Origin: Mobula hypostoma | Lineage: Eukaryota | Direction: 5' to 3' | Length of the DNA: 64,000 nt | NCBI RefSeq assembly: GCF_963921235.1 | Contig: NC_086097.1 | Coordinates: 216,878,001 to 216,942,000, forward strand | In this document: positions 13,045 through 26,490 of the stretch, piece by piece | How the letters are laid out: each line of letters begins with the position of its first letter | How positions within the stretch are numbered: the first letter of the stretch is position 1 | Made by a program: the position numbers and the translations under genes | The notes under the pieces: model-generated | Told to the model about the DNA's origin: nothing | The model's database searches: none | The model's input: the letters and a program-made list of their open reading frames with translations, nothing else

Positions 13045-14720
13045 AAAGCTCTATATTTGGCCAGGTGAAACTCCATCTGCCATTTCTGCAACTGATCTAT
13101 ATCCTGTTGTATCCTTTGCAGATCTCCTACACTATCCACAACTCCACTAATCTTCGTAACATCTGGAAACCCATCATTTACACTTTCATCCAGGTTATTC
13201 ATGTACATACATAACAAACAGCAGAGGTTCCAGTACAGATCCCTGGGAACACCACTAATCACAAACCTCCAACCAAAATAATTCCTTTCAACCACTACAC
13301 TCAGTCTTCAATGGGCAAGTCAGATCTGACTCCAAATGGCCAATTCACTGTGGATCGCATGAATCTTAATCTTCTAGATGAGCCTCCCATTAGTGATCTT
13401 GTCAACACCTTACTGAAATCCATGTAGACAACATCCACAGCACTACCCTCATCAATCACACTTGTCATCTCCCCTAAAAAAACCCTCAATCAAGTTAATA
13501 AGACACAACTTGCCATTCTCGAGTCACATTGGCTCTCCCAAATTAGGCCATGGTTTTCCAAATGCTCATAAATCTTAGCCTAAGAATTCTCTACAGTAAC
13601 TTCCCTACCAGTGACACAAACCTCACCAGTCTATAGTTTCCACAATTATCCCTGGTTTCCTTCTTGAATAATGGAACAACATTAGCTACTTGCCAGTCCT
13701 CTGGGATCTCTCAATAACCTGGGATGTGTCCCATCAGGCCCTGGGGACTTAGCCACCTTACTACTCTTTAAGAGATCCAACAGTACCTCCTCCTTTACCT
13801 TGAAATGCCCCTGCATATTAATAAGCTCAGCACAGATCTCCCTATCTTCTGTACCCATTTCCCTGGTAAGTACTGATGTGAAGTACTCAATAAGGACCTC
13901 GCTGACATCCAAGCAAATGTTTTATCCTTTATCCTTGAGTGGTCCTACCCTCTCCCTAATTATCCTCTTGCTCATGGTGTATGTATAAGATGCCTTGGGA
14001 TTCCCTTAACCCTACTTGCCAAGGACTTTTCATGGCCCCTCCTGGCTTTCCTAATTCCCCTCTTGAATTCTTTAGTGGCTTTCTTATTATCCCCAAGGGC
14101 TCTGTTTGATCCTAGCTTCCTAAGCTTTACCTACTTTTCCTTTTTTCTTGACTAAATTCATCACCTCTGTCAACAGCCAAGGTTCTTGTTTTCCTTCTGA
14201 TAGGAACATACCTGTCTCATACTCTCTGCAATTGGTGTTTAAACACCTTCCACATGTCAGATGTGGACTTGTCCTAAGACAGTTCTTCCCAATTAACTCT
14301 CTCTAGTTCCTGCCTAATGTTTTCATAATTTTCCCTGCTCCAATTTAATACTGTCCAGCAAGGTCCATACTTATCCTTATCTATAGTTATCTTAAAACTT
14401 AAGGAGCTGTGGTCACTGTTCTCTAATGGCACACCTACTGAAATGTCAATCATCTGGCCAGGCTCACTACCCAACACCAGATCCAGTACAGTCTCTTTGG
14501 ATTTAAGAAACCCTCCTGGATGTGCCTAACAAATCCTGCCCCATCTAAACATCCTGAACTAAGAAGGTCCCAGTTTAGGAAAGTTGAAGTCCCCTTGACA
14601 ACAATCCTATTGTTCTTACACCTTTTCTTAATCTGCCTGCATATCGGTCCCTCATTGTCCCGGTGGCTTTTGGGGATTCTGGGGTGGAATCTCAGAGTGA
14701 CTGCGCCCTTCCTATTTTTG
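13045..14720 (-). mobile_element. Degenerate CR1 ORF2 (endonuclease plus RT)
   Basis: AVDVVYMDFSK, KSPGPDGTHPRLL and NSDHSSLSF motifs in broken frames. Confidence 0.85.
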
Positions 14721-15209
14721 CATTTTGTCACGATGCACAGTGATGGCCCAAGGTCAGGGTAAGAGACAAAGCAGCAGAATGAACAGTTCACTGAGTTTTA
14801 ATACGAACTGTGCAGAACCGAAGGAAGTTAGTTAACACAAGGCCAACAGGGCCATTAACTAAAATTCTCAGACTAAAAGCTAATACCAACACTGTGGCTC
14901 AGAAGCAGTAACTTATTACAAATTAATTCCGCTCATCTTCAGCATCAATCAAAACTGCAGTGTTCTTTCTTAGAATGAGGACTAAGGTAAGCAGGGAGGG
15001 TTACCATCACTGTGCTTTGGTCAAGCCTCTGCGAGACTGAAATGAAACAAAGCAAGTTAAACACAAACCTTAATTGGGATGTGCAAACTCACGAGTGTGA
15101 TTTCTGACCCCTTTTTGCTGCCCGCATGCGAGGGCGCCGAGATTCCACAGCAGAGTCTCACTAGGCGCAGTTCCCAAGGTGCCAGATACCTGTGCCCACT
15201 GGACATCCT

Positions 15210-16100
15210 GGAGTAAATTAGCTGATGACACAAAGGTTGGGGGTGTTGTGGATAGTGTGGAGGGCTGTCAGAGGTTACAGCGAGATATTGATAGGATGCA
15301 AAACTGGGCTAAGAAGTGGCAGATGGAGTTCAACCCAGATAAGTGTGAGGTGGTTCATTTTGGTAGGTCAAATACGATAGCAGAATATAGTATTAATGGT
15401 AAGACTCTTGGCAGTGTGGAGGATCAGAGGGATCTTGGGGTCCAAGTCCGTAGGACATTCAAAGCAGCTGCGCAGGTTGACTCTGTGGTTAAGAAGGCGT
15501 ACGGTGTACTGGCCTTCATCAATCGTGGAATTGAATTTAGGAGCTGAGACGTAATGTTGCAGCTATACTGTATAGGATCCTGGTCAGACCTCACTTGGAG
15601 TACTGTGCTCAGTTCTGGTTGCCTTTCTACAGAAAGGATGTGGAAGCCATAGAAAGGGTGGAGAGGAGATTTACAAGGATGTTGCCTGGATTGGGGAGCA
15701 CGCCTTATGAGAATAGGTTGAGTGAACTCAGCCTTTTCTCCTTGGAGTGATGGAGGATAAGAGGTGACCTGATAGAGGTGTATAAGATGATGAGAAGCAT
15801 TGATCCTGTGGATAGTCAGAGGCTTTTTCCCAGATTTAAGGTGCTGGGGAGTAGATACAGAGGAGATGTCAGGGGTCAGTTTTTTACTCAGAGAGTGGTG
15901 AGTGCGTGGAATGGGCTGCCGGCAACGGTGGTGGAGGCGGTACGATGGGGTCTTTTAAGAGACTTTTAGATAAGTACATGGAGCTTAGTAAAATAGAGGG
16001 CTATGGGTAAGCCTGGTAATTTCTAAGGTAGGAACATGTTTGGCACAACTCTGTGGGCCGAAGGGTCTGAATTGTGCTGTAGATTTTCTATGTTTCTATG
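15210..16100 (+). mobile_element. 5'-truncated CR1 LINE
   Basis: KLADDTKVGG...WQMEFNPDKCEVVHFG motifs and a (TTTCTATG)2 tail. Confidence 0.9.
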
Positions 16101-16109
16101 AAAGACTTG

Positions 16110-17830
16110 TCTGGGATGTTATGAGGTGGAACCCAAGATAGTACATCTGGGCAGTACCCCTCCCAATCCACAAGGTACTGGACCCTTCCCCACACCTGGC
16201 AAGATGCCAGGAGGTGCTACACAGAACAGACCAGGGACCCATCCACCAAGCAGGAAGAAAGGGGAGGTGGGTGACTGGAGCAAGGAGAGAGAAGTTTGAG
16301 CTAGGAAACATGGAACACTGGGTGAATCTTCATCAGTGATGGGAGCCGCAATACAGGGGAAGCCCTGTTAATAGCCTTCCACACTGCGAAAGGTCCCACG
16401 TAGTATGGAGCCAACTTGCTGCTCTGAACTTTCAAAGAATGATTTCCGGACGTCGGCCAGACTTTCTCCCCTGGCTTAAGAGGCCTCATCTTTCAGCAGA
16501 GCCGATCAGCCTGCCGAGCATATTATTTTGAGTGTGCAGCAGAGGTGCCCTGGCCCATCTCCAGGTGCACTTGTAGCATTGGACCAACTATTCAGCAGCA
16601 GGAACTCCCACATCAATCTCTTGGTCAGGGAAGAATGGTGGCAAGAATCCCTTTAGGCACTCAAAGGGGGACAGGCCAGTAGAGGACAACTGGAGGTTGT
16701 TATGGGCAATCTCTTCCCAAACCAATTGGTGTCTCCAGGCTGTGGGTTTGGAAGAGACCATGCATTGTAGGGTTGACTCCAGCTCCTGATTCACTCTCTC
16801 AGTCTGGCTGTTAGACTGGAGGCAGAAACCTAGTGAGAGGCTAGCCATGGCTCCCTAAAGAAAACAGAAAGCCTTCCAGAAATGGGGCCTGAACTGTGCC
16901 CTTGATCAGACACTATGACCTGAGGGAAGCCATGCGGCCTGAACAGGTGCTGAACCACAAGGTTGGCAGTTTCATGAGCCGATGGGAGCATGGGGAAGAG
17001 AAACAAGGTAGGCAGTTTTGGAGACCTGGTCCACAACTACCAAAATGGTAATGTTTCCATCTGATAAAGGCAAACTAGTGATGAAATCGGCTGACAGATG
17101 GGATCAGGGTGGTAAGGCACAGCGGGTGGGCAGAACAGACTTGCAGGGTGCTGATGTGACGTCTTGTTCTGGGCACAAGTGGGACAGGCAGAGATGAAAT
17201 TGTGGATAATCTGGGACATAGACAGCCACCAAAATCATCTCGTTATAAATTCCAGGGTACAATGAATCCCCGGATGGCCAGCAGGCGGGAGGAGTGACCC
17301 CATTCCAACACTCTGGGCTGCACAGTGGCAGGGACAAACAGTTGGTTGGTAGGTCCCCCACCTGGACCTGGATCTGACTGTTGGCAGTCCTTATCTCCCT
17401 TTCTATTCCGCAAACCATCGCAGTAACTATGCATGAGTGAGGAAGGATTGGCTCTGGATTGGCACTGTCCTTAGAGAGGTCAAACTGATAGGAGAGAGCC
17501 TTGGCCTTGGTAATCTTGCTGCCAGCATGGAAGGTGAGGGTGAAATTAAATCAGGTGAAGAGGAGGCCCAACAGGCTTGACAGGAGTTGAGTATCTTGGC
17601 ATCCGGATGTAGGAGAGGTTCTTCTGATCCGTCCGTACCAGAAAGGGATGCTCAGCCCTGCCAGCCAGTGTCTCCATGCCTCTAGGGCCTCCTTAACAGC
17701 CAGTTGTTCTCAGTTCCTGACATCAAAGTTACATTCTGCAGGAGTCAAGCGACGGGAAAGAAAAGCGCAGGAGTGCAGCCGATTATCCACAGAAGAGTGT
17801 TGGGAGGGTACAGCTCCAATGGCAACATCT
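16110..17830 (-). mobile_element. Ty3/Gypsy chromovirus remnant (RNase H, integrase, chromodomain)
   Basis: Minus-strand ACPTCAQNK (integrase zinc finger), SNSQTERVNQELE (core), KLAPYYVGPF...IHPVFHVS (GPY/F) and QYLVDWEGY...SWVP (chromodomain). Many frameshifts. Confidence 0.88.
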
Positions 17831-18071
17831 GCTCCCTATCAGTTTTTGGATGAGTGCCAGCGTGTAATACCAGGAAAAGTCACTAGGTGACAGCATGTGT
17901 CTATCTGAGTCAAACCCGTAGAACTATAGCTTTCCATCTGTCCATCTGTGCTGGGTTGAGCGTCGAGCTAGCAACTCGGCCTCGTAAAAATAAGAAAGCC
18001 TGCTAAAAAAACGTCATCATGACAGCGTCCCGATGACTCCACTCGGAGTTAAGGGCTGCTTTCTTCTTCTT

Positions 18072-18378
18072 GGCGTGTGGCCAAGTGGTTAAGGCATCGG
18101 TCTAGTGATCTGAAGGTCGCTAGTTTGAGCCTCAGCCGAGGCAGCAAGTTGCGTCCTTGAGCATGGCACTTAACCACACATCGCTCTGCGACGACATCGG
18201 TGCGGTGCCAAGCTGTATGGGTGCTAATGCCCTTCCCTTGGACAACATCGGTGGCGTGGAGAGGGAGACTTGCAGCATGGGCAACTGCCGGTCTTCCATA
18301 CAACCTTGCCCAGGCCTGCGCCCTGAAAACCTTCCAAGGCACAAATCCATGGTCTCACGAGACTAATGGATGCCTATT
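18072..18378 (+). mobile_element. tRNA-derived SINE
   Basis: Pol III A box TGGCCAAGTGG and B-box-like GTTTGAGCC. The head is shared with the 44990-45100 copy and the body with the 11856-12080 element. Confidence 0.75.
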
Positions 18379-21374
18379 AGAGAACAAAAACAGAGGGATG
18401 AATAAACTCAGCAGCTCAAGGCAGAAGACTAGTTCTTTGTGGAACTAAAAGGCATTGAATCAAAAAGAAGTGCAAACTAGTATTAAATTTTTGAAACTAA
18501 AATTATTCATCACTTTTGATTAATGAGTTGGTAATGGAGAAGATATGTGATCAATTGGAAGCAGCAAAGTGTTGAGGGAAGCCTTGGTGTTGGTGGTGAG
18601 GTAAATCTGGGTGGGAACTGTATATATGTGAAAGTGATTTAGGATGATTTTGACAAGAGTCAGATGAGGAACAGGGCAGGCGAAGGAGGTAGTGGAGCTG
18701 GAGGAGATGTCATTGTGTCCTTCTGACTGGAAAGGTTGGAATGGAGGCAGGTGAGCATGGTCTCACCCAGTCGAGAAAGGGAGGTGGAAAGGATGATGTG
18801 GTCAACGATAGTGAAGGTTATGTACATGTTCAGAGGATAACAGGGTTACCACAGACAGAAATAGAAATCTTATTCAAGAAGCTGAGAGAGAGAAGGATGT
18901 TTGGAGATAGGGCAGGTGTTGGTTTTGAAAGAAGGGAACAGTATTTGAGAATGGACTTAATCAGCTAACATGGAGACCAGGAATGAAACTGGGCCATCAG
19001 TAGTTTGTCAGAGAGCCGGAGGTGAGTATCCTGGACAGTGTGAGTTTGGGGTGGGTATGAGTTGACAAGAGAAATAAAGCATGGAAGGATTTGAGTTCAG
19101 AGCTAGGGAAGGAGTGAACCTTAAAACGTCCTCTCACTTTCCTCCCTTCCCTTGTCCTGCTGGGGTAAGCGAATGGTTTAAATGCTTCAATTTAATATCA
19201 GAGAGTGTATGCAGTAAACCAATTGAAATTCTTACTCTTCGCAGACATCCACGAAAAAAGAAACCCCATAGAATGAATGACAGAAACATCAGAACCCCAG
19301 AGCCCCCCTACACACAAGCATCAACTCTCCTCCTCCCACTTGCACCAGTAGAAGCACCAATCCCCTCACCCACCATGTAAGCAATAGCAAAAGCCCCCCA
19401 AAGAGACCTTGATCGAGAGTCCATCAAAAACAACAGTCCATAACCCAGCACTTCGGTATTTCAGAATGGCTCTCTTTCTCCATCGAGGGAGAGATCACTC
19501 CTGCAGCAACGAGGGCAGAGACCAGCACCTCACTGTTCCGATGTTAGTCTTCTGCTTCGCTTCTCCAAGCCCCCCCTCCCCCGACTCGACGACCGACAGG
19601 CGCTCACTCACCATCAAGAAAGAGGGAGAGGGAAATTGCTCAAATACAGGGGCTGCCTTCCAACAGCAGCACACACTGCCTGCTGCCTCAGTGTTTCGGT
19701 TTCCCTCTTATCATACTCTCACACTCCTTTTTCCCAAAGAGAAAAGCCCTACCTCATGCAACCTACCCTCATAAGACATGCTCTCTAATCTAGGTACTAT
19801 CCCAGTAAAGCTCCTCTGCACCCTCTCCACATCCTTCCTATACTGAGGCGACCAGAACGGAACATTGTTTGGTTCAGTGCTTCAGAGTTTTAGAGCGGGT
19901 CACACCGTTCTGTTCTGAGGAGCAGCCATTGCTAGAACAATTCGATTTTAAATCCAATGCTTGGGACAAACACAATGGACACTGAAGCATGTCCAGTAGT
20001 GGTGGTTGTCCGTTGTGTCAAACAATGACAGGAAACCAGTGCAGGAGAGCTTTTAAAACAGAAGAGCTGTTGCACTGGGGCAGTTCCACTCTTTTGACCT
20101 CAGATGTCCAGGTCCAGTGGTATGAACAAGGGTAACAAACTGGGGTCGATCTTGGCTGCAGTGGAAGACCATGACTTTTTCTGCCTTGTCATGCCCTACC
20201 TTCCTGGCCATTGGATCTCGGTGTAGATCTCACCCGCCCAGTCCACAGAAGATAACCTCACATGCTAGTACAGCATGTCCCTATCTCACTGGGGTATGAG
20301 GCACCTGGTTTAGCCCATCTGTCAAAGCAGTGTACTGGGTGTCACCGTTGTCACATGCAAATGGCTACTTGGAGCCAGAGGTGAGAGCTGAGTGTCCAAT
20401 GGGGACCAAAGATGAGTGAGCTTCCCCAGAATAGGCATGACTAGCCCCTTTACCAGAGGGGTACCCCTTCATGAAGCATGCCCAGTACTAGCTTCATTTT
20501 CTGGAGTCCCCACTTCAACTCTTGAAGAAATGTATTTATTCAATCAACAGTATCTCCAACCATCCAATGGCTCACTGAACCCTTCCAGTAGGCCCCAACC
20601 TATCATTGTCTAGCCTAGTCCCCCAAGTCTTAATCAGACCTGGTGGCAAATTAATTTCCAAACAGCAAATACATTTCAAGGAGGCCTTGTTAGCAGCAAA
20701 GTATCTCTGGTTGATATATCCTAAGTGCAAGAGTACATGCTGAAGAACACACTGAAACTAGGAGTTACTAATTGAACGGTTTTATGGGGAAGGAATACAT
20801 TATTGGATCATCGTTGTGTGACAGCCTCTGATTACTGGCTCTCTCTTCCCAGTCCTACTGGCCATGACCTCTGTCCCATACGGTACATTTCCCCAGCTTG
20901 TTCTTGTCACTGAAGTGGAGGTTCAGCCTACTTTTGAGTAATGGTAGGATTTTTAGTTAAGCAGAGAGCATCAGAAGCGTTATGCAAATACAAGGTCTTA
21001 CTTCTGCCTTACCATCATTTAAAATCTGTTTACCATACCAATATCCAGGACCAACACTTCCCTGTTGAACATTTGTTCCTCTGGTCTGCAGCAATTAAGA
21101 GAGGAGGTGTGTGAGCAATATTCCAGCTTTGAATGTCATCAGCCACTAGGTGGTGATCTAAATACACCAATCATACAACACCCTTTCAGCAGGTTTATAA
21201 CAGCTTCATTGAAGTGAGGAATACTGTAAGAGCATTTCTGTAGTCTGATTCAATGCTTATGGCAAGAATGCTCCTTCTCCTTTCCTCTTAAAAATAAGGA
21301 AATTATGTGAAAGCTGATCATTAACTACAGGAAGGGAGACTGCAAACACTCCTGTGTATATCATTGAGATTTAG

Positions 21375-22030
21375 AGGGTGGAGAGCTCTGGTCCCCAGGA
21401 GTGAATATCAGTGGCTTGTCACAGTCTAACCATATGGGCACCGTGGCCAAGACAATGCATCAGTGTCTCTACTTCCTCAGAAGACTGAAGGAATCCAGTA
21501 TGTCCCCATTGACCACAGAAAGCATCATATCCAGATGTAATTCAGCTTGGTATGGCAACAGCTCTGCCTGAGACTGCAAGAAACTATTGAGAGATGTGGA
21601 CACAGCTAAGCACGTCCCAAAACGAACCTCTCCTCCATGGACTCTGTCTACAGTTCTCACTGCTTAAGTAAAGCAGCCCACACAATCAAAGACCCCGCCG
21701 ACCCTGGATATTTTCTCTGCTCTCCTCTTCCACTGGGCAAAAAATACAAATGCTGGACAACACTTTCCACCAGGCTCAAGAATAGCTTCTGCCCCATTGT
21801 CACGAGATGATTGAATGGTATAATAAGATGCACTCTTGACCTCACAACATAATTTGTCATGCACCTTAATGTCTGGCTGCACTGCATTTTCTCTGTAACA
21901 TTACATTCTGCTTTCTGTTATTGTTTTTCACTTGTACTACCTCAAATTACTGGTGTGCTGAAATATTCTGTATCGATGCAAAAGAGTTTTTTTTTACCTC
22001 TATCTCAGTATACATGACAATATACCAATT
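21375..22030 (+). mobile_element. Rex1/Babar-like LINE 3' fragment
   Basis: Degenerate QCLYFLRRLK and AWYGN motifs. Similar fragments at ~23940-24190, 29600-30500 and 49730-50040. Confidence 0.65.
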
Positions 22031-22574
22031 TATCAAATCTACAACCAGGACAGATTTGACACATTTGCACATGTTCTATCATATGTTCTAATTCTCCTTC
22101 TGTTCCCACTTTGCCTATCTCCAAATAGACTTTGAAACAAAACACATAGGAATATATTGAGCAGTGGTTGTGTTTTGATGCAGTACCTGGTGTCAGACAA
22201 AACAAGAACTTGGCTCATAAAGAGTCCAATGGCATTTTAGATCCCATTCCGTTCTGGGTTACTTGGTCAACATGAAACCTAAGCAGTGGATGAAAAGTTT
22301 GGGAGAAAATGAACAAGATAGATAATTTAAAAATATAATCATTACCTCTTGAGAAATGTGAATGTTCATTTATTTCACATGCAATGAACTATAAAGCATT
22401 CTTTCTTGCATTTGACTTTCAAACCAGAATTGGGACAGAGTAAATTTTGTGCCTTAGTGAACTTTTACAAATATGTCCAAAGAGTGTTGTAAGTTTAGGT
22501 GATCATCTAGAAGTGTGAAAGCAGTGAAAAATAATGAGTGCTGAATGCATGGAAAGAGCACCAACAGAACTATT

Positions 22575-22835
22575 TTATTTTACTTTATTGAGATACTGCA
22601 CAGAATAGATCCTTCCAGCTCTTCGAGAAGTGCTGCCCAGCAGTCCCCCAGTTTAACCCTAGCCTAATCACAGGACAATTTACAATTACCAATTAACCTA
22701 CCTAGGAGGAAATAGGAGCACCCAGAGGAAACCCACATGGTCACAGGGAGAACATACAAACTCTTTACAGGCAGTGGCAGGAATTGAACCCAGATTGCCT
22801 GTACTGTAAAGCATTGTGCTAATCACTGCACTACC
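22575..22835 (-). mobile_element. HE1/V-SINE-like element
   Basis: The reverse strand has a tRNA-like head (GGTTCAATTCC) and the V-domain GTTCTCCCTGTGACCATGTGGGTTTCCTCTGGGTGCTCC. Confidence 0.75.
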
Positions 22836-22879
22836 CTTTTAGTTGTGCTTCAGCTTAACTGCATTTTGATTGATTGACT

Positions 22880-23473
22880 ACTGCAGTTGTACAAGGCCTT
22901 GGTGAGACCACAACTGGAGTATTGTGTGCAGTTTTGGTCCCCTAATCTGAGGAAAGACATCTTTGCCATAGAGGGAGTACAAAGAAGGTTCACCAGATTG
23001 ATTCCTGGGATGGCAGGACTTTCATATGAAGAAAGACTGGATGAACTAGGCTTGTACTCGTTGGAATTTAGAAGATTGAGGGGGGATCTGATTGAAACGT
23101 ATAAAATTCTAAAGGGATTGGACAGGCTAGATACAGGAAGATTGTTCCTGATGTTGGGGAAGTCCAGAACGAGGGGTCACAGTTTGAGGATAAAGGCGAA
23201 GCCTTTTAGGACTGACATTAGGAAAAACTTCTTCACACAGAGAGTAGTGAATCTGTGAAATTCTCTGCCACAGGAAACAGTTGAGGCCAGTTCATTGGCT
23301 ATATTTAAGAGGGAGTTAGATATGGCCCTTGTGGCTACGGGGATCAGGGGGTATGGAGGGAAGGCTGGGGCAGGGTTCTGAGTTGGATGATCAGCCATGA
23401 TCATAATAAATGACGGTGCAGGCTCGAAGGGCCGAATGGCCTACTCCTGCACCTATTTTCTATGTTTTCTATG
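22880..23473 (+). mobile_element. Young 5'-truncated CR1, near-identical to 7521-8112
   Basis: Direct comparison shows about 8 substitutions over ~590 bp, one of which creates a TGG>TGA stop. Confidence 0.95.
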
Positions 23474-24784
23474 ATCCTACCACATCTACATCCATTTATA
23501 GATGAACAGTCAACTAGAGACAGTCTCCAAGCTTTTGTAAAGACTCAATGTTTTACCCCTTTGATAGGGGCAAAGATAATAGGGGGCAAATGAGTGTAAC
23601 CTTAAAATAATGCACACAAAGTGGTACATCCACTTATTCCAGCATGTAATGACCGCTGAAGCAGAAAAGACGATTTTAAGGCAAGTCTTTTTATTTGCCA
23701 TTCCACGGCTACTGTCTGAACTCATGAATGAGGGTGAAAGGTAGTGACACCTTTATGGAATAATAGTACCACCACTTCACAGAGCTGTCAAGGCAGTATT
23801 TGGCATGCTGTCTTTCATCAGCCAGAACATTTAGTGTAGGAATTGGGAAGTTATGTTGCAGTAATACAAGACATTGTAAAGTGCTCACTTGGAGTATTGT
23901 GTGCAGTTTTGGTCACGCTGTTATAGAACTTGGGTGTTCTTGAGCACACCTACATGAAATGCTTTTGTAGGAAAGCAACATCTATCATCAGAGATCCCCA
24001 CCACCTGGGCCACGCTCTTTTCTCACTGCTGCCATCAGGTAGAAGGTACAAGAGCATCAGGACTCGCACTATTTGGTTCAAGAACAAGTTATCACCCCTC
24101 AACCATCAGACTCTTGAACAAAAGGGATAACTACACTCATTTGCCCATCCATTGAGATGTTCCCACAATCAATGACCTCACTTTAAGGTTTTATGTACCA
24201 TGCAAGAGTAGAGACGTCTTCATTCATTTATATGAAGGCCAGGTGACACCATACCTGGAATATTGTGTACAGGTGTGGTTCCTTTATCTGGGAATGGATA
24301 CATATGTGATAAAGGGAATGCAATGAAGATTCACCACATTGATTCCTGGGGAGATTGGTATGTCACGTGAGGAGAACATAAGCACACTCGTCCTGTACTC
24401 AACTGAGCTTAGGAGAATGAAATAATCTTATGGAAACATGCAAATTTCTTACAGGATAGACAGGTTACATCTAGAATTGTTTCCCATGGCAGGGGAGCCT
24501 CAAAAGGAGGCTCATCTTCTCAAAAACAAGGACAGATGAGAAAAAAAATCTCCACCTAGAGGGAAACGAAACTTTGAAATCATTTACCCACTGAATATAT
24601 ACAAAACTGTGTTAGGTACATTTTTAGACATTAAGGGAATTAAAGGCCTGGGTTTTCTGCAGGAAAGCAGTACTGAGGTAAAAATGTCACCCATGCTCTT
24701 TTTGAATGGCAACACAGGCACGTGGCTTCCTGGTCCTACTTTTTATGGCCCCATGTTCTTTCAAAGAGGCTTCTTTGTCAGAGG

Positions 24785-26490
24785 AATGCAGCACAGAAAC
24801 AGGCCCTTCAGCTCAATTGTCCCATGTTGACCACAGCATTCTCCCTGCCAGTTCCAGTTACCTGCATCCAGCCCTCCAGTCCTCCAGTCCCTCCCATCCA
24901 TGAACCTACCCAAATGCCTCTTAAATGTTGCAATTGTCTCTGCCTCAACCACTTCCTTTAGCAGCTGATTCTGAATACTCACTACCTTCGATTGTATGTA
25001 AAGAAGTTATTTTTTAGGACTCTTAAAATCTTTTCCTTCTTGTATCCGTGCACTCTATGATTTTATAAGCTTCTTTGAAGTCACCCCTCATTCTCCTGCA
25101 CTCCAGGGAATAAAGGTCCAGTATGGCCAACCTCTCCCTACAATAAGACCTCCAGTCCAGGCAGCACTGTTGTAAATCTCTTCTGCACATCTCCAGTCTT
25201 TCCTATAACAGCATGACCAAAACTGTAAACAGTACCCCAGGTGCAGCCTCACCAGCAACTTTCATAACTGCAACATAACATCCATACTCCTGAAGGTGAA
25301 GCCCTGACTAATGAAGGCCACCCTGACTAATAAATGCCTTCTTTACTACCCTGTCCACTTGCACATATGCTTTCAGGAAGCTGTGCTTGTACTCCCAGGT
25401 CCCTCTGTTCCACAACACTCATCAGTACCCTGCCATTCACTGTACACGACCTACCCTGGTTCGAATGTCCAAAATGCATCACCTCTCATATATCCATTTC
25501 CCATTCCTCAGTCTATCTGCCAAACTGATCAAGCTCTCTTTGCAATTCATTGTAACCTGTTTTACTGTCAACAGCACGTTGTAATCTAGTATCCTCAGTA
25601 AACTTACCAATCATGCCAATAATTTCTTATTCAAGTAATTTACATAAATGATGAATAACAGAGGTTCCAACATTGACCCCTGGAGCACCTCACTAGTCAT
25701 AGGCCTCCAGTCTGAGAAGCGACCCCTGTCATTGCACCAGTTCTGAATCCACTTCGCTAGATCCCCCTGAACCCCATGTGACCCAGCCTTCCAGATCAGC
25801 TTGCTATTTGGGCCCTTGGCAAGGCTCTTACTTATATTCATTAGATAACACTCACTGCCATACCTTCATCTATCCCCTTATTTACCTCTTCAAAAACTCC
25901 AAAGGATTTGTTAGATGTAATAGCCCATGCACAAAACTGTGCTGACCATTCCTGACCAGGCCATGACTATCCAAATGATGGTGGGCCTTGTCCTTTCGAC
26001 AAGACCTAACCTCCAGTAACTTCCCTACCAGGTCAGGCTCACCAGCTCGTAGTTCCCTGCCTTGCCCTTGAAACCTTTCTTGAACATGTAACGACATTAG
26101 CCACCCTCCAGTCTCCTGGAACTTTGCAACTGGGCAGTAATGAACAAAATACCTCTACAAGGGCCTCCAAGATTTCTTGCCCAGGCTTCCATAAGATCTG
26201 GGGTTGCACTCTGACAGATCCTGGGGATTTACCCACCTTGATGTTTTTCAAGGCTGCATATTCCTCCTTCCTCGTGATATTCCTATGAAACAAGACCTCG
26301 CTACTTGTTAGACTAATTTCGTTGGCACCGTTTCTCCTTCATAAACACTGAGGAGAAATAGATGTTAAAAGTTGTGGTCATCTTTTGTGGTTCCACACAT
26401 AGGCAGCCATAATGATCTTTAAGATGACCTACTTTCTACCTCGTTACCCTTTTGGTGTTACTATAACTAAAGAACGTCTTGGGATTATCA
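24785..26490 (-). mobile_element. Old degenerate CR1 ORF2
   Basis: WRPMTSEVLQGSMLEPLLF, GQHSFVHG and GKSPG...DWRVANV remnants. Confidence 0.8.

Noticed and set aside
18072..18145. tRNA gene
   Set aside because: A/B boxes are present, but the sequence continues into a SINE body with a second copy at ~44995, and no clean cloverleaf is evident.
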